Notes under the pieces: model-generated
Databases searched by the model: none
What the model saw: the letters and a program-made list of their open reading frames with translations, nothing else
What the model was told of the DNA's origin: nothing
Position numbers and translations under genes: made by a program
Assembly: GCA_040753875.1 (NCBI GenBank)
Contig: JBFMDV010000005.1
Coordinates: 305,142 to 369,141, forward strand
Source: Candidatus Zixiibacteriota bacterium
GTDB taxonomy: Bacteria; Zixibacteria; MSB-5A5; GN15; FEB-12
Direction of reading: 5' to 3'
DNA length: 64,000 nt
In this document: positions 18,520 to 27,887 of the stretch, in pieces
How the letters are laid out: every line of letters begins with the position of its first letter
Numbering within the stretch: the stretch's first letter is position 1

Positions 18520-19859
18520 CGCAGATTCAACAGCAGACTGGTCGGTTTGGCCAGAAACTCATGTATGCGGTGCAGGAATTTCACCGCCGTGTGACCGTCG
18601 ATAAGCCGGTGATCGAACGACAGGCCGAACGACGAGATATGTCGGATAACGATCTGGTCAGCCACCACCCACGGCCGCTTGACAATCTGATGGATACCGA
18701 GGATCGCCACTTGCGGCTGGCTTATGACGGGGGTGGATGAAGTGGCGCCGAACATGCCGGCGTTGGTCAGGGTGAACGTACCGTCGGCAACGTCATCGGG
18801 TTTCAGCCTGTTGGTGCGAGCTTTTTCGCCGAGTGACGCTATCTCGACCGCCAGTTCGACAATCGTCTTTTTGTCGGCGTCCTTGATGACCGGCACGATC
18901 AGCCCCTCGTCACGCGCCACCGCCACACCGATATTGTAATAATTCTTGAGCAGTATCTCTTTGTCGGTCATAGAGGCATTGACAGTCGGGTATTCTCTGA
19001 GCGCCACGCAGGCCGCCTTGACGATAAACGGCATGAAGGTCAGGTTGACGCCATATGCCTCCACAAACGACTTCTTGATCTCGTTGCGGAAGCTGACCAG
19101 TTCGGTCATGTCGATGTCTTCGAAAGTGGTGACGTGGGCCGAGGTATCGAGCGATTTTCGCATGTGCTCCGAAATCGCCTTGCGGGCGCCCACCAAGGGC
19201 ATCCGGGTGACTCGCTGCGACTCTGGCAGGGGCGCAAAGACAGGTATCGAGACACTGACCCTGGGTTGCTTGGGAGCCGGTGCGGCGACACTAACAGCAG
19301 GAGCGGCACCGGGCTGAGCAGCGAAGGCAGGGGCGGGAACCGGACCAGCGGCGAAACCGGCGCCGACCGACCGAGCCTCGACCGTACGCATGACATCTTC
19401 GACCGTTACTCGCCCTTCTTTGCCAGTCGGGATGATCGTGGAGGGGTCAACGCCGTACTCGCGGACCATCATCTTGACTTTGGGGGACATCAGGCCGCGG
19501 CCGATCTCGGCGGTCCCTTTTACCTGAGGCATCGGTGCAGGTACTGGTGCTGCAGCTGGAGGGGCCGCTTTCTGAACGGCTGCGGCCGCTGGAGCCGCCG
19601 CAATACCGGCACTAGTGCCCTTGCCGTCCTCGATGAGCGCGATTCTGGTCCCCACCGGGACAACATCGCCCACCTTGGCCAACTGCGCCGTAAGGACGCC
19701 GGCCGACTCGGCGGGAATTTCGACATTTACCTTGTCGGTCATCAGCTCAACCAACGGCTGATTGATCTCAACTCTATCGCCAACTTTGACCTTCCATTCC
19801 AGGATGGTTCCCTCCAGCACCGACTCTCCCATTTGCGGGACCAGCACATCAACTGCCAT
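18516..19859 (-). CDS. 2-oxoacid dehydrogenase E2 component (dihydrolipoamide acyltransferase)
   Basis: It has a lipoyl domain (LMTDKVNVEIPA), an Ala/Pro linker, a subunit-binding domain and a catalytic domain (SFDHRLIDG). Confidence 0.92.
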   Translation of the reverse strand: MAVDVLVPQMGESVLEGTILEWKVKVGDRVEINQPLVELMTDKVNVEIPAESAGVLTAQLAKVGDVVPVGTRIALIEDGKGTSAGIAAAPAAAAVQKAAPPAAAPVPAPMPQVKGTAEIGRGLMSPKVKMMVREYGVDPSTIIPTGKEGRVTVEDVMRTVEARSVGAGFAAGPVPAPAFAAQPGAAPAVSVAAPAPKQPRVSVSIPVFAPLPESQRVTRMPLVGARKAISEHMRKSLDTSAHVTTFEDIDMTELVSFRNEIKKSFVEAYGVNLTFMPFIVKAACVALREYPTVNASMTDKEILLKNYYNIGVAVARDEGLIVPVIKDADKKTIVELAVEIASLGEKARTNRLKPDDVADGTFTLTNAGMFGATSSTPVISQPQVAILGIHQIVKRPWVVADQIVIRHISSFGLSFDHRLIDGHTAVKFLHRIHEFLAKPTSLLLNLR

Positions 19860-19959
19860 CTGCGTAACCTCTATTCACACAATCGTTATATCCGAACAAA
19901 CTGGACCGATGATAACAGACCAGCCCACCTGGAGTCAAGATGCTCTAATACGGTAACTC

Positions 19960-21063
19960 TCAGGCAATTTCAAGCATTTTTTCAAGCGCACGGAGCGCTT
20001 CGGTCCGGGTCGGCTCCGGTACTCGTATCGGTTTGATATCCGGGTAATGCTCCAGACAGAACGCCAGATCATTCAATGTCGTTCGATACATATTGGCGCA
20101 GACCGGGCAGGTATTGCCGGAGAGTTCGAGAATGGTCTTGTCCCGATGCTGGTGCGCCATCCGGTTGATCAGATTGATCTCAGTTCCTATGGCGATAATC
20201 GAGCCGGGGGGCGCCTCCTGACAGTACTTCACGATGAAGCTGGTGGAGCCGTTGGCGTCGGCCAGCTCGACCACCTCGTGCGGGCATTCCGGATGGACCA
20301 CTACCTTGACGCCCGGATATTTCTGTCTCACGTTGCGCACCTGATCGGCAGTGAAGTTGGTATGAACGTGGCAATGCCCTTTCCAGAGGATGATCTTCGC
20401 ACGCTCTATCTGTTGTGCGGTCAGGCCGCCGCCTTCGCAGGAGAAGTCCCATTTGACCATCTGTTCCGGCGTCAGACCATACGCTATTCCGGTATTATAT
20501 CCAAGGTGCTCGTCCGGAAAGAAGAAGGCTTTCTCGCGTCGGCTAAGGGCATAATCGAGCGCGGCGCGCGCGTTCGACGACGTGCAGATCAAGCCGCCGT
20601 TTTTGCCAGTAAACGCCTTCAGTCCGGCAGCAGTGTTCATATAGGAGATCGGCATGATTTTTTCGGCGCCACCGAACGGTTTCAGATACTCCCACGCTTC
20701 CATCACGTCCGCCATCTCAGCCATATCGGCCATGGGGCAGCCGGCAAGCGGGTTGGGTAAATAGACGTGTTGATGGTCAGCTGTCAGGATATCCGCCGAC
20801 TCCGCCATGAAATGCACCCCGCAGAAGGCGATGACCTCCGCCTCTTTCCTGGAGGCCGCGATCTTGGAGAGGCCGTAGCTGTCACCAAGGTGGTCGGCGA
20901 ATTCGACCACTTCGAGCCGCTGATAATGGTGCACCAGGATACAGAGCTTGGAGCCGAGTTTGTTGCGCACCGCGCGGATGCGGTCACGTAGTTCGTCGAC
21001 CGTGGACTCCCGGTACTCTTTCGGCAGCGAGAAGTACACGCCTACTCTTCCTTTCGTGCTCAA
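19960..21063 (-). CDS. nadA: quinolinate synthase
   Basis: 367 aa, long NadA type. Motifs include ILVHHYQ, VHFMAE, CPMA and VVHPECP. Confidence 0.9.
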   Translation of the reverse strand: MSTKGRVGVYFSLPKEYRESTVDELRDRIRAVRNKLGSKLCILVHHYQRLEVVEFADHLGDSYGLSKIAASRKEAEVIAFCGVHFMAESADILTADHQHVYLPNPLAGCPMADMAEMADVMEAWEYLKPFGGAEKIMPISYMNTAAGLKAFTGKNGGLICTSSNARAALDYALSRREKAFFFPDEHLGYNTGIAYGLTPEQMVKWDFSCEGGGLTAQQIERAKIILWKGHCHVHTNFTADQVRNVRQKYPGVKVVVHPECPHEVVELADANGSTSFIVKYCQEAPPGSIIAIGTEINLINRMAHQHRDKTILELSGNTCPVCANMYRTTLNDLAFCLEHYPDIKPIRVPEPTRTEALRALEKMLEIA

Positions 21064-22099
21064 GCCGGGCCCATTTCCTGAGGACCAACTCCTGCTTTTC
21101 GGTGGAATGCCCAGGGCTCACCTTGGCTTTGGGGTCGATGAAGTTCTTGGCATTGTTCACCGCCACCGCCACTTCACCGCAGCCGGTCGAAATGAGCTTA
21201 AGTTTGCCGTCGTAGGTAACAATATCACCGGCCGCATATACCCCCTCGATATTGGTACGCATGCGCCGATCCACCTTGATGGCGTTGTGTTCGATCTCCA
21301 ATCCCCAACTCTCGATTGGTCCCAGATTGGTCAGAAAGCCGATATTGCAGATGATGGCGTCGACCGGCATCCGTTCTTCTTCACCGGTCTGTGTCTGAAC
21401 GATGGTCACGTTTTCCACATGTTCATTCCCTTCGATCTTTTTGACTTCCCAGAAGGGATACTTCATGCGTACGGATGAATTCTTCACTTTGCGAATGGAG
21501 TCCTCGTGAGCCGAGAAGAAGTCGTTGCGATGAATGTGTGTCACCGCTTTCGCGACCGGTTCCAACATCATGCAGTAGTCGAACGCAGAGTCGCCGCCAC
21601 CGACCACGAGGACGTTCTTGTCCTGGAAATCCGCAACGCGACGGATGAAGTAGTGCACACCGGCTCCTTCCAAGCGTTCGACATTGGGAACATCAAGCCG
21701 GCGCGGTATATAGGCACCGAGGCCGGCGCAGATGACCACTGTTTTGGAGCTATGAACGCCGAGGTCGGTCGTAATAGTAATGACGCCGTTGCCACCATGG
21801 TCGAGATTGAGAACCTTCTCGCCGAGACACAACTTGTGGGGATACTGCGTCGCCTGCTCGCGCATGAGCTTGACCAGGTCTTTGGCGAGAATTTTGGGAA
21901 ATCCGGCGACATCGTAAATGTACTTCTCGGGATAGAGAGCCATGAGGCCGCCACCGACCTCGCCAAGCATGTCGATGGTCTTGTAGCGCATCATGCGGAG
22001 TCCGGCGTAGTACATGCCGTACATGGCCACCGGGCCGGCGCCGATGAAGGTTATATCATAGACCGCCCGATCATCGCGGTCACTTGCCTGCGTATTCAT
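20984..22099 (-). CDS. ferredoxin-NADP+ reductase, thioredoxin-reductase-like (YumC type)
   Basis: It has ITFIGAGPVAMYG, GGGLMALYPEKYIYDVAGFPKI and a second GGGDSA dinucleotide fold. The 3' end overlaps the nadA start by 80 nt. Confidence 0.85.
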   Translation of the reverse strand: MNTQASDRDDRAVYDITFIGAGPVAMYGMYYAGLRMMRYKTIDMLGEVGGGLMALYPEKYIYDVAGFPKILAKDLVKLMREQATQYPHKLCLGEKVLNLDHGGNGVITITTDLGVHSSKTVVICAGLGAYIPRRLDVPNVERLEGAGVHYFIRRVADFQDKNVLVVGGGDSAFDYCMMLEPVAKAVTHIHRNDFFSAHEDSIRKVKNSSVRMKYPFWEVKKIEGNEHVENVTIVQTQTGEEERMPVDAIICNIGFLTNLGPIESWGLEIEHNAIKVDRRMRTNIEGVYAAGDIVTYDGKLKLISTGCGEVAVAVNNAKNFIDPKAKVSPGHSTEKQELVLRKWARLEHERKSRRVLLAAERVPGVHGRRTT

Positions 22100-22207
22100 A
22101 GTTGTTCGCCGATTACAACAGTGACGGCGGGCCGATAGTGCCCGTCAAATAATAGGCGCTTTTCACCAGAGCATGATGGCGACATGCAGGCCGGACACGT
22201 CTGGTGG

Positions 22208-22708
22208 TCAGCGCTCCAGCCTGGCCAGGCGACGAAACAGCTCGGTATTGTCCGGCAGCTCTGTGGGCGGGACTTTCTCTGCGTACCGGACCACACCGGA
22301 CTTGTCTACCAGAAAGACGGCTCGTTCGGCGTAGCCGCGCTCGCTGAGCACACCATACAACCTGGCCACACGCCCGTGCGGATGATAATCCGACATGAGA
22401 GGGAACGAGAGGCCGCCGAGTGATTTCGCCCAAGCGACGTGCGAAGGGACCGAATCGACCGATATGGCCAGAAGCTGGCAATTGTACTTTTCGAACTCGT
22501 CAAGCACGTGCTGATAGCCGGGTATCTGCGCCGCGCAGACCGGTGTCCAATCGCCCGGATAGAAGGCGAGCACGACATTCTTACGTCCCCGATACCAGGC
22601 GAGATTGAGTTCTCCCTCATTATGGGTGGGAAGCGTGAAATCCGGCGCCTGGTCGCCCACCTGCGGTCCCTTGGTGCTCAACGGTTGTGCCTGCTCCTGT
22701 CGTGGCAT
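22208..22708 (-). CDS. peroxiredoxin (AhpC/TSA family)
   Basis: VGDQAPDFTLP...VVLAFYPGDWTPVCAAQ, with a peroxidatic Cys context. Confidence 0.88.
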   Translation of the reverse strand: MPRQEQAQPLSTKGPQVGDQAPDFTLPTHNEGELNLAWYRGRKNVVLAFYPGDWTPVCAAQIPGYQHVLDEFEKYNCQLLAISVDSVPSHVAWAKSLGGLSFPLMSDYHPHGRVARLYGVLSERGYAERAVFLVDKSGVVRYAEKVPPTELPDNTELFRRLARLER

Positions 22709-22716
22709 GTTGACCT

Positions 22717-22908
22717 TCAGTACTTTTCCTGGTCGTCGTCGTAACCTTCGTCGAGATCATCCTCGTCGTAGACATCGTCGTCGAGACCATTGTCTTCATC
22801 TTCCGTCCATTCGGAAAATTTGCTGCGGGGAGCCCCGCACACCGGGCAAGTCTCCGGCGGTTCCTCTTCGTCATGGACGTAGCCGCAAATATCGCATGCC
22901 CACTGCAT
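22717..22908 (-). CDS. rubrerythrin-type rubredoxin-like zinc/iron ribbon protein with acidic tail
   Basis: MQWACDICGYVHDEEEPPETCPVCGAPRSKF has C-x2-C-x12-C-x2-C spacing, as in the C-terminal domain of rubrerythrin. It is followed by a tail of about 30 aa rich in Asp/Glu. Confidence 0.8.
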   Translation of the reverse strand: MQWACDICGYVHDEEEPPETCPVCGAPRSKFSEWTEDEDNGLDDDVYDEDDLDEGYDDDQEKY

Positions 22909-22969
22909 GATCGCCTACTCCCATCCTGTCATCAAAGAATTCATAGCTCTTGCCACATGTTTGTGCAAT

Positions 22970-23470
22970 TCAATCCTCGAGTGGCGCCCCATCGTCGTAC
23001 CCGAACCAACTGTAGTTCCCGCCCAGTGCTTCTTTTTCGGCCTGAAGCAACTCGAAATGCTGGTGTTCCTCGGCCGCAAGATTGTCAAAGATGGCACGGA
23101 ACTCCGGGTCCGCAACCAGACCGCGCTCCTGCTGGTAGTATTTCGTAGCAGCCAGTTCCGCTTCGATCGCCAGATTGATGAACTCCATCTCTGATTTCAG
23201 ATCGGACAGATGTCCCTTGCGGAAGACGTCAGCTAGGGCGTTGATCCCTTTCTCAGGGAGTTCGCCGACCGGTTCACCGATATGCTTGTCGAAAATGGCG
23301 TACAGTGTCTCTTTGTGACGGTTCTCATCGTCGCGGAGATTCTGCAGCTTACGCCGTGCTTCCTCGTTGGTGGCCTTCTGTGACAGCAGATCATAGAAGA
23401 AGTAACCGTCGACTTCGCCTTTGATCGCCTTCTTCAGAATGGCCGCTATTTCCTGTTTGGTCTTCGCCAT
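22970..23470 (-). CDS. ferritin-like diiron protein (rubrerythrin-family four-helix bundle, no rubredoxin domain)
   Basis: I place the start at ATG 23470 (MAKTKQEI), which avoids overlap with gltX. Paired E...ExxH motifs are present (EVDGY...DENRH; EAELAA...EEHQH). Confidence 0.8.
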   Translation of the reverse strand: MAKTKQEIAAILKKAIKGEVDGYFFYDLLSQKATNEEARRKLQNLRDDENRHKETLYAIFDKHIGEPVGELPEKGINALADVFRKGHLSDLKSEMEFINLAIEAELAATKYYQQERGLVADPEFRAIFDNLAAEEHQHFELLQAEKEALGGNYSWFGYDDGAPLED

Positions 23471-23495
23471 AGCACCCGGTCTATCCAGAATCGTT

Positions 23496-24971
23496 TCAAG
23501 TTTGTTTCTTCGTGCGGATATAGTCAACAGCTTTTTTGAGTCGTTCTATCACAATGGGCTGGGACAGGGTCACCAGCAGGTCATACAGACCCGGACCGGC
23601 CGACATCCCGGAAACGGCCAACCGGGTCGGATGGATGATCTTCGCCTTTTTTATACCCTTCTCCTCGGCCAGCGCCGTCAGGGCAGCTTCGACCGTCTCG
23701 TGGTTAAATGACATCAGGGACGCGAGCCGGTCGGCTAAAGCGGCCAGCAAATCTGCCGCTTCAGGCGTGAAATTCTGCTGTTCGGCGGTCGAGTCATAAC
23801 GATAGTCGAAGCTAAAGAAGTAGCTTCCAAGAGAGACAAAATCGGACAGCCGGCGAACTCGGTCTTTCAGAAGCCGGACCACCTCGCGCAGATAGTCCCA
23901 GCGCGTCTCCAGCCAGTATTTGGTGCTGGCGCCCGATTCAACCAGAAGCGGCGCTACCATGGTGGCAAGATCATGGTCCGATTTGAGAGCGATATGCGCC
24001 TTGTTAAACGCGACCAGCTTCTCTTCATCGAACACGGCGTTGGAGGCGTTCAGGTATTCGGCCTGAAAGATATCGATCAGTTCGGTCGGAGTGTAAATTT
24101 CACGGTCCGTTTTGGGATTCCAGCCCAAGAGGCAAAGATAATTGAACATAGCCTCTGGGAGTATCCCCTCGTGCTGGTATGCGGCTACGTCCTTATCCCC
24201 CAGCCGCTTAGAGACCTTTTGTTTGTCGGGTCTCAAAATGAGCGGTACGTGTCCGAATTTGGGTATTTCCCACCCGAGCGCACGATACAAGTGAATCTGC
24301 TTGAAGGTATTCGAAATATGATCGTTGCCGCGAATGACATGTGTGATTCTCATGTCATGGTCGTCGATCACGACAGCGAAATTGTAGGTTGGACTGCCGT
24401 CGGACCGCGCCGCGACAAAATCCTCGATATCGTCATTCTTGCGCGTTATTTTTCCTGAAACTATATCGTCGTATGATGTCTCACCTTCGGGTATGCGTAG
24501 CCGCACGGCATAGGATTCTCCCGCGGATAACTTAACATCGATCTGCGCTGGAGTGAGCGCAAGGCATTTGCGGCTGTATTTTGGCGCCCGCTTTTCGGCA
24601 GTGGCCCGAGCCCGCTCGGCCTCGAGTTCCGACGGGGCACAGAAGCATCGATAGCCATGCCCACTGTCAAGCAGCTTCTGCACGTACTCACGGTGCAGCT
24701 TCATCCGCGTTGACTGGTACACCACCTCCTCATCCCAGTCCAGCGCGAGCCATTTCAGAGCCGAGAGGATCGGTTCGATGAGCGACGCATCGGACCGCTC
24801 GACATCGGTATCCTCGATGCGAATGAGAAACCGGCCGCCATTGTGCCGCGCGAAAAGAAAGTTGAAAATGGCCGTGCGGGCTGTGCCGACGTGGAGATAA
24901 CCGGTCGGAGAAGGTGCTATGCGGACGCGAATCTGGTCTGGTGTCATCTGGTTCGCTCTGGCGTCACTCAT
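23496..24971 (-). CDS. gltX: glutamyl-tRNA synthetase
   Basis: RIAPSPTGYLHVGTARTA (HIGH-type) and KVSKRLG (KMSKS-type) are present; 491 aa. Confidence 0.95.
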   Translation of the reverse strand: MSDARANQMTPDQIRVRIAPSPTGYLHVGTARTAIFNFLFARHNGGRFLIRIEDTDVERSDASLIEPILSALKWLALDWDEEVVYQSTRMKLHREYVQKLLDSGHGYRCFCAPSELEAERARATAEKRAPKYSRKCLALTPAQIDVKLSAGESYAVRLRIPEGETSYDDIVSGKITRKNDDIEDFVAARSDGSPTYNFAVVIDDHDMRITHVIRGNDHISNTFKQIHLYRALGWEIPKFGHVPLILRPDKQKVSKRLGDKDVAAYQHEGILPEAMFNYLCLLGWNPKTDREIYTPTELIDIFQAEYLNASNAVFDEEKLVAFNKAHIALKSDHDLATMVAPLLVESGASTKYWLETRWDYLREVVRLLKDRVRRLSDFVSLGSYFFSFDYRYDSTAEQQNFTPEAADLLAALADRLASLMSFNHETVEAALTALAEEKGIKKAKIIHPTRLAVSGMSAGPGLYDLLVTLSQPIVIERLKKAVDYIRTKKQT

Positions 24972-25434
24972 ACTTTGAGCCGGGGGGCGGCTGCTTCGGT
25001 TCTACTGCCGGAGGAGGCGGGGGCGGTGCGGTCGCGGGACCGGAGGTCGGCTGCGGGGGGCACTGTCCCGGGGGAGGCGGTGGCGTCGAATGCGGGGTCC
25101 ACTCGGGTTTGACTTCGGCCAACTCAAACTCGATACCTCCGGCGAAGCGGGCGATGGCGTTGTAAATGAGCACGACAAGAGCGCCCAGTACCGTGTTGAA
25201 AAACGCTCCCATGAGAGAGAACATGATGGGAAGAACGATCATGAGGATGCCGATCGGGAGCTGCGCGACATCGAACTCCGCCCCGGGAACGCCGGGTATC
25301 TGGCGCATGACGGACACGATGAAGCCGAAGAACATCGCGTACAAGAGCCCCACGATAAACCCGATAATCAGATTGAGAAAGAACGAGACTTTCACGAACG
25401 GCCAGACGGCCATCGTTTTCAATTCATAGCGCAT
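24964..25434 (-). CDS. hypothetical polytopic membrane protein with Pro-rich C-terminal tail
   Basis: 156 aa with 3-4 hydrophobic segments, then PPPPPGQCPPQPTSGPATAPPPPPPAVEPKQPPPG. 8-nt overlap with the gltX start. Confidence 0.6.
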   Translation of the reverse strand: MRYELKTMAVWPFVKVSFFLNLIIGFIVGLLYAMFFGFIVSVMRQIPGVPGAEFDVAQLPIGILMIVLPIMFSLMGAFFNTVLGALVVLIYNAIARFAGGIEFELAEVKPEWTPHSTPPPPPGQCPPQPTSGPATAPPPPPPAVEPKQPPPGSKYE

Positions 25435-25523
25435 GCCCTGCCTCCTGCACTGCCATCAGATCTGCGGCTGTTCAGCTTCTACGGCGAAGATATGGTCGGT
25501 CGTTCTTCCGAACAAGCGGTCTG

Positions 25524-27638
25524 TCAGGTCCGGGTCAACTTGCAGATGAACCGGGCGTCGACCGCTTTGCACATGTTCTCATCCGGTGATGCGATGAACG
25601 GGTTGATATCGATCTCCGAGATCATGTCAAAATCCTGGACCAGTTGGGATATCCGAAGCAGCGTTTCTTCGACGGTCGGCAGATCGACCGGCCTGGCCCC
25701 GCGGAAACCGGTCAGCAGCGGGTATGATTTGAGAGACCGGATCATCTCGCGGGCCCCTTCATCGCTGAGGGGATGAACGCGAAAGGCAACATCTTTCATG
25801 ACCTCGACATATATGCCCCCAAGCCCGAACATAATGAGCGGGCCGAAAGAGGGAACGTTGGTCATCCCGATAACGGTTTCGATGCCCCCCTCGATCATCT
25901 TCTGGATCGCCACCGAGAACTTCTCCCCCTTTTTGAGCTTACCGACCCGGCGTTGCAGCTCGGAGAACGACTCTCTGGCCTCTTTGTCGGAGCGGATATC
26001 CACCATCACACCCCCGACTTCGGTCTTGTGGAGGATCGGCGGCGTGTTGATCTTCATGACCACCGGATACCCTATCTCCGAGGCGACCGCCGCAGCTTCC
26101 TTGATCGACTCGGCGAATTGGTAACGCGCCGTAGGGATACCGTAGGCATCCAGTATCTCGATGGCGTCTTCGCCCACGATCGCGCCATCCTGACCTTTCA
26201 GCACCCGCTTCATGATCGCCTGCACCCGTGAGGTATCGACACGGAACGTCCGGAATTTCCCTTTCGGTTTTGACAGCCACTGGCGATACCCCCAGACGGT
26301 GGCCAGAGTCTGCGCGATCGCTTCCGGGAAAATGTACACCGGAATGCCATGCGACTTGAGGTAGTTGATACCGACCGAACCCTCGCCGGCACCCATGAAG
26401 CAGGCCAGAACGGTCTTGTCCGTGCCGGCGAGAGCTTCCTGAATGTTGGTGGCAACATCGAGCTGATCGATGGTCACCGGCGGCACGAATATCGGGATAA
26501 TCGTATCGTAGCGTTTGTCGGTCTTCACTGCTTCCAGAGTCATCCGAAACTCACGGCCGGCGGCACCGGCTACCATATCCATGGGGTTAGCGAACGAGGC
26601 GTGCGCCGAACTGAATTTGCGCAACTCTTTGATCGTTTGAGGTGAAAGCGGCGGCATATCCAGACCGTTGTTGATGAGCGCATCGGTGGCCAGGATGCCA
26701 GGGCCGCCGGCATTGGTTACGACTACAACCCTGTTCCCTTTGGGCACGGGCTGCATCGAAAGAGCCGAAGCAACATCAAATAGTTCTTCGACCGTGTCGA
26801 CTCGCATGACACCCGTCTGCTCGAACAGGGCATCGACTCCCACATCGACATCGGCAAGTGCGCCGGTGTGTGACGACGCCGCCTTCGCGCCAAGCTTGGT
26901 GCGACCGGACTTCACGGCTACGATCGGTTTGATGCGTGAGATCTCACGCGCGATCTGGGTGAAATGGCGCGGATTGCCGAAGTTCTCGACATAGAGCAGG
27001 ATAATGTCGGTACGGGGGTCATCACGGAAATATGTCAGGATGTCGTTGACCGAGATATCTGCTTTGTTGCCGATTGATACGACCACCGAGAACCCGATTC
27101 CCAGCTCTTTCGCCTGGGACATGATGGCTTCCCCCAAGGCGCCGGATTGCGACACGAAACCAATTTTCCCAACATTGGGGAATGTCTTGCCGAAGGTAGC
27201 ATTCAGATTGATGGTCGGATCGGTATTGACGATCCCCATACAGTTCGGACCGATGAGTCGTATGTTGTATCGATGGCAGAGCTCCACTATCTCCAGTTCG
27301 CGCTGCTTACCCTCGGATCCGGTCTCGGAAAAACCGGCCGAGATCACTACCAGCCCATGGACCCCCTTTTCGCCACACTGGCGCACAACCTCTTTGACCG
27401 CCAGTTTGGGTACAATGACCACTGCCAGATCGACCGCATCGGGAACATCAAGGACTGTCGAGTAAGCCTTTATGGAATGAATGACCGGAGCTTTAGGGTT
27501 AACCGGGAACACCTTCCCGTTAAACTCCGCCGAGAGGATATTGTGAAGAGTTTCACGACCGATTGTTCCCTTTTGAGTCGAGGCACCGATCACTGCCACT
27601 GAGGTCGGCCGGAAGATAAAATCAAGTTCATGTCGCAT
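25524..27638 (-). CDS. acetyl-CoA synthetase (ADP-forming), fused alpha/beta (acetate-CoA ligase family)
   Basis: It has an N-terminal CoA-binding domain (SVAVIGAS...KVFPVNP), a succinyl-CoA-ligase-like flavodoxin domain and a C-terminal ATP-grasp. The start is ambiguous: ATG 27638, GTG 27647 or GTG 27653. Confidence 0.88.
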   Translation of the reverse strand: MRHELDFIFRPTSVAVIGASTQKGTIGRETLHNILSAEFNGKVFPVNPKAPVIHSIKAYSTVLDVPDAVDLAVVIVPKLAVKEVVRQCGEKGVHGLVVISAGFSETGSEGKQRELEIVELCHRYNIRLIGPNCMGIVNTDPTINLNATFGKTFPNVGKIGFVSQSGALGEAIMSQAKELGIGFSVVVSIGNKADISVNDILTYFRDDPRTDIILLYVENFGNPRHFTQIAREISRIKPIVAVKSGRTKLGAKAASSHTGALADVDVGVDALFEQTGVMRVDTVEELFDVASALSMQPVPKGNRVVVVTNAGGPGILATDALINNGLDMPPLSPQTIKELRKFSSAHASFANPMDMVAGAAGREFRMTLEAVKTDKRYDTIIPIFVPPVTIDQLDVATNIQEALAGTDKTVLACFMGAGEGSVGINYLKSHGIPVYIFPEAIAQTLATVWGYRQWLSKPKGKFRTFRVDTSRVQAIMKRVLKGQDGAIVGEDAIEILDAYGIPTARYQFAESIKEAAAVASEIGYPVVMKINTPPILHKTEVGGVMVDIRSDKEARESFSELQRRVGKLKKGEKFSVAIQKMIEGGIETVIGMTNVPSFGPLIMFGLGGIYVEVMKDVAFRVHPLSDEGAREMIRSLKSYPLLTGFRGARPVDLPTVEETLLRISQLVQDFDMISEIDINPFIASPDENMCKAVDARFICKLTRT

Positions 27639-27822
27639 ATGTGTCACAGTCACAACGAGTTATTTGCATTCATCTATTGGTGTACGGGCGTTCGTGAGGC
27701 GTTGACAAACGTCATTGGTTCTCATCACAACCTCGCGAACGGCGACAGGAATGAATGTATTCGGCGACGAATGTCAAGGGAAAGTTGGGACGTTGAGGTT
27801 GTGAACCTGCCCGTCGGAAACG

Positions 27823-27856
27823 GCTCAGGCCGGAAAGCTGACTTTCCGGCCTGAGC
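27823..27856 (-). terminator. long perfect hairpin downstream of ppdK
   Basis: GCTCAGGCCGGAAAG (27823-27837), loop ACTGA (27838-27842), CTTTCCGGCCTGAGC. The stem is 14-15 bp. The U-tract on the minus strand is weak (GTTTCC). Confidence 0.55.
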
Positions 27857-27887
27857 GAAAGACTATGCATGCGAACGCACCGCCCTA

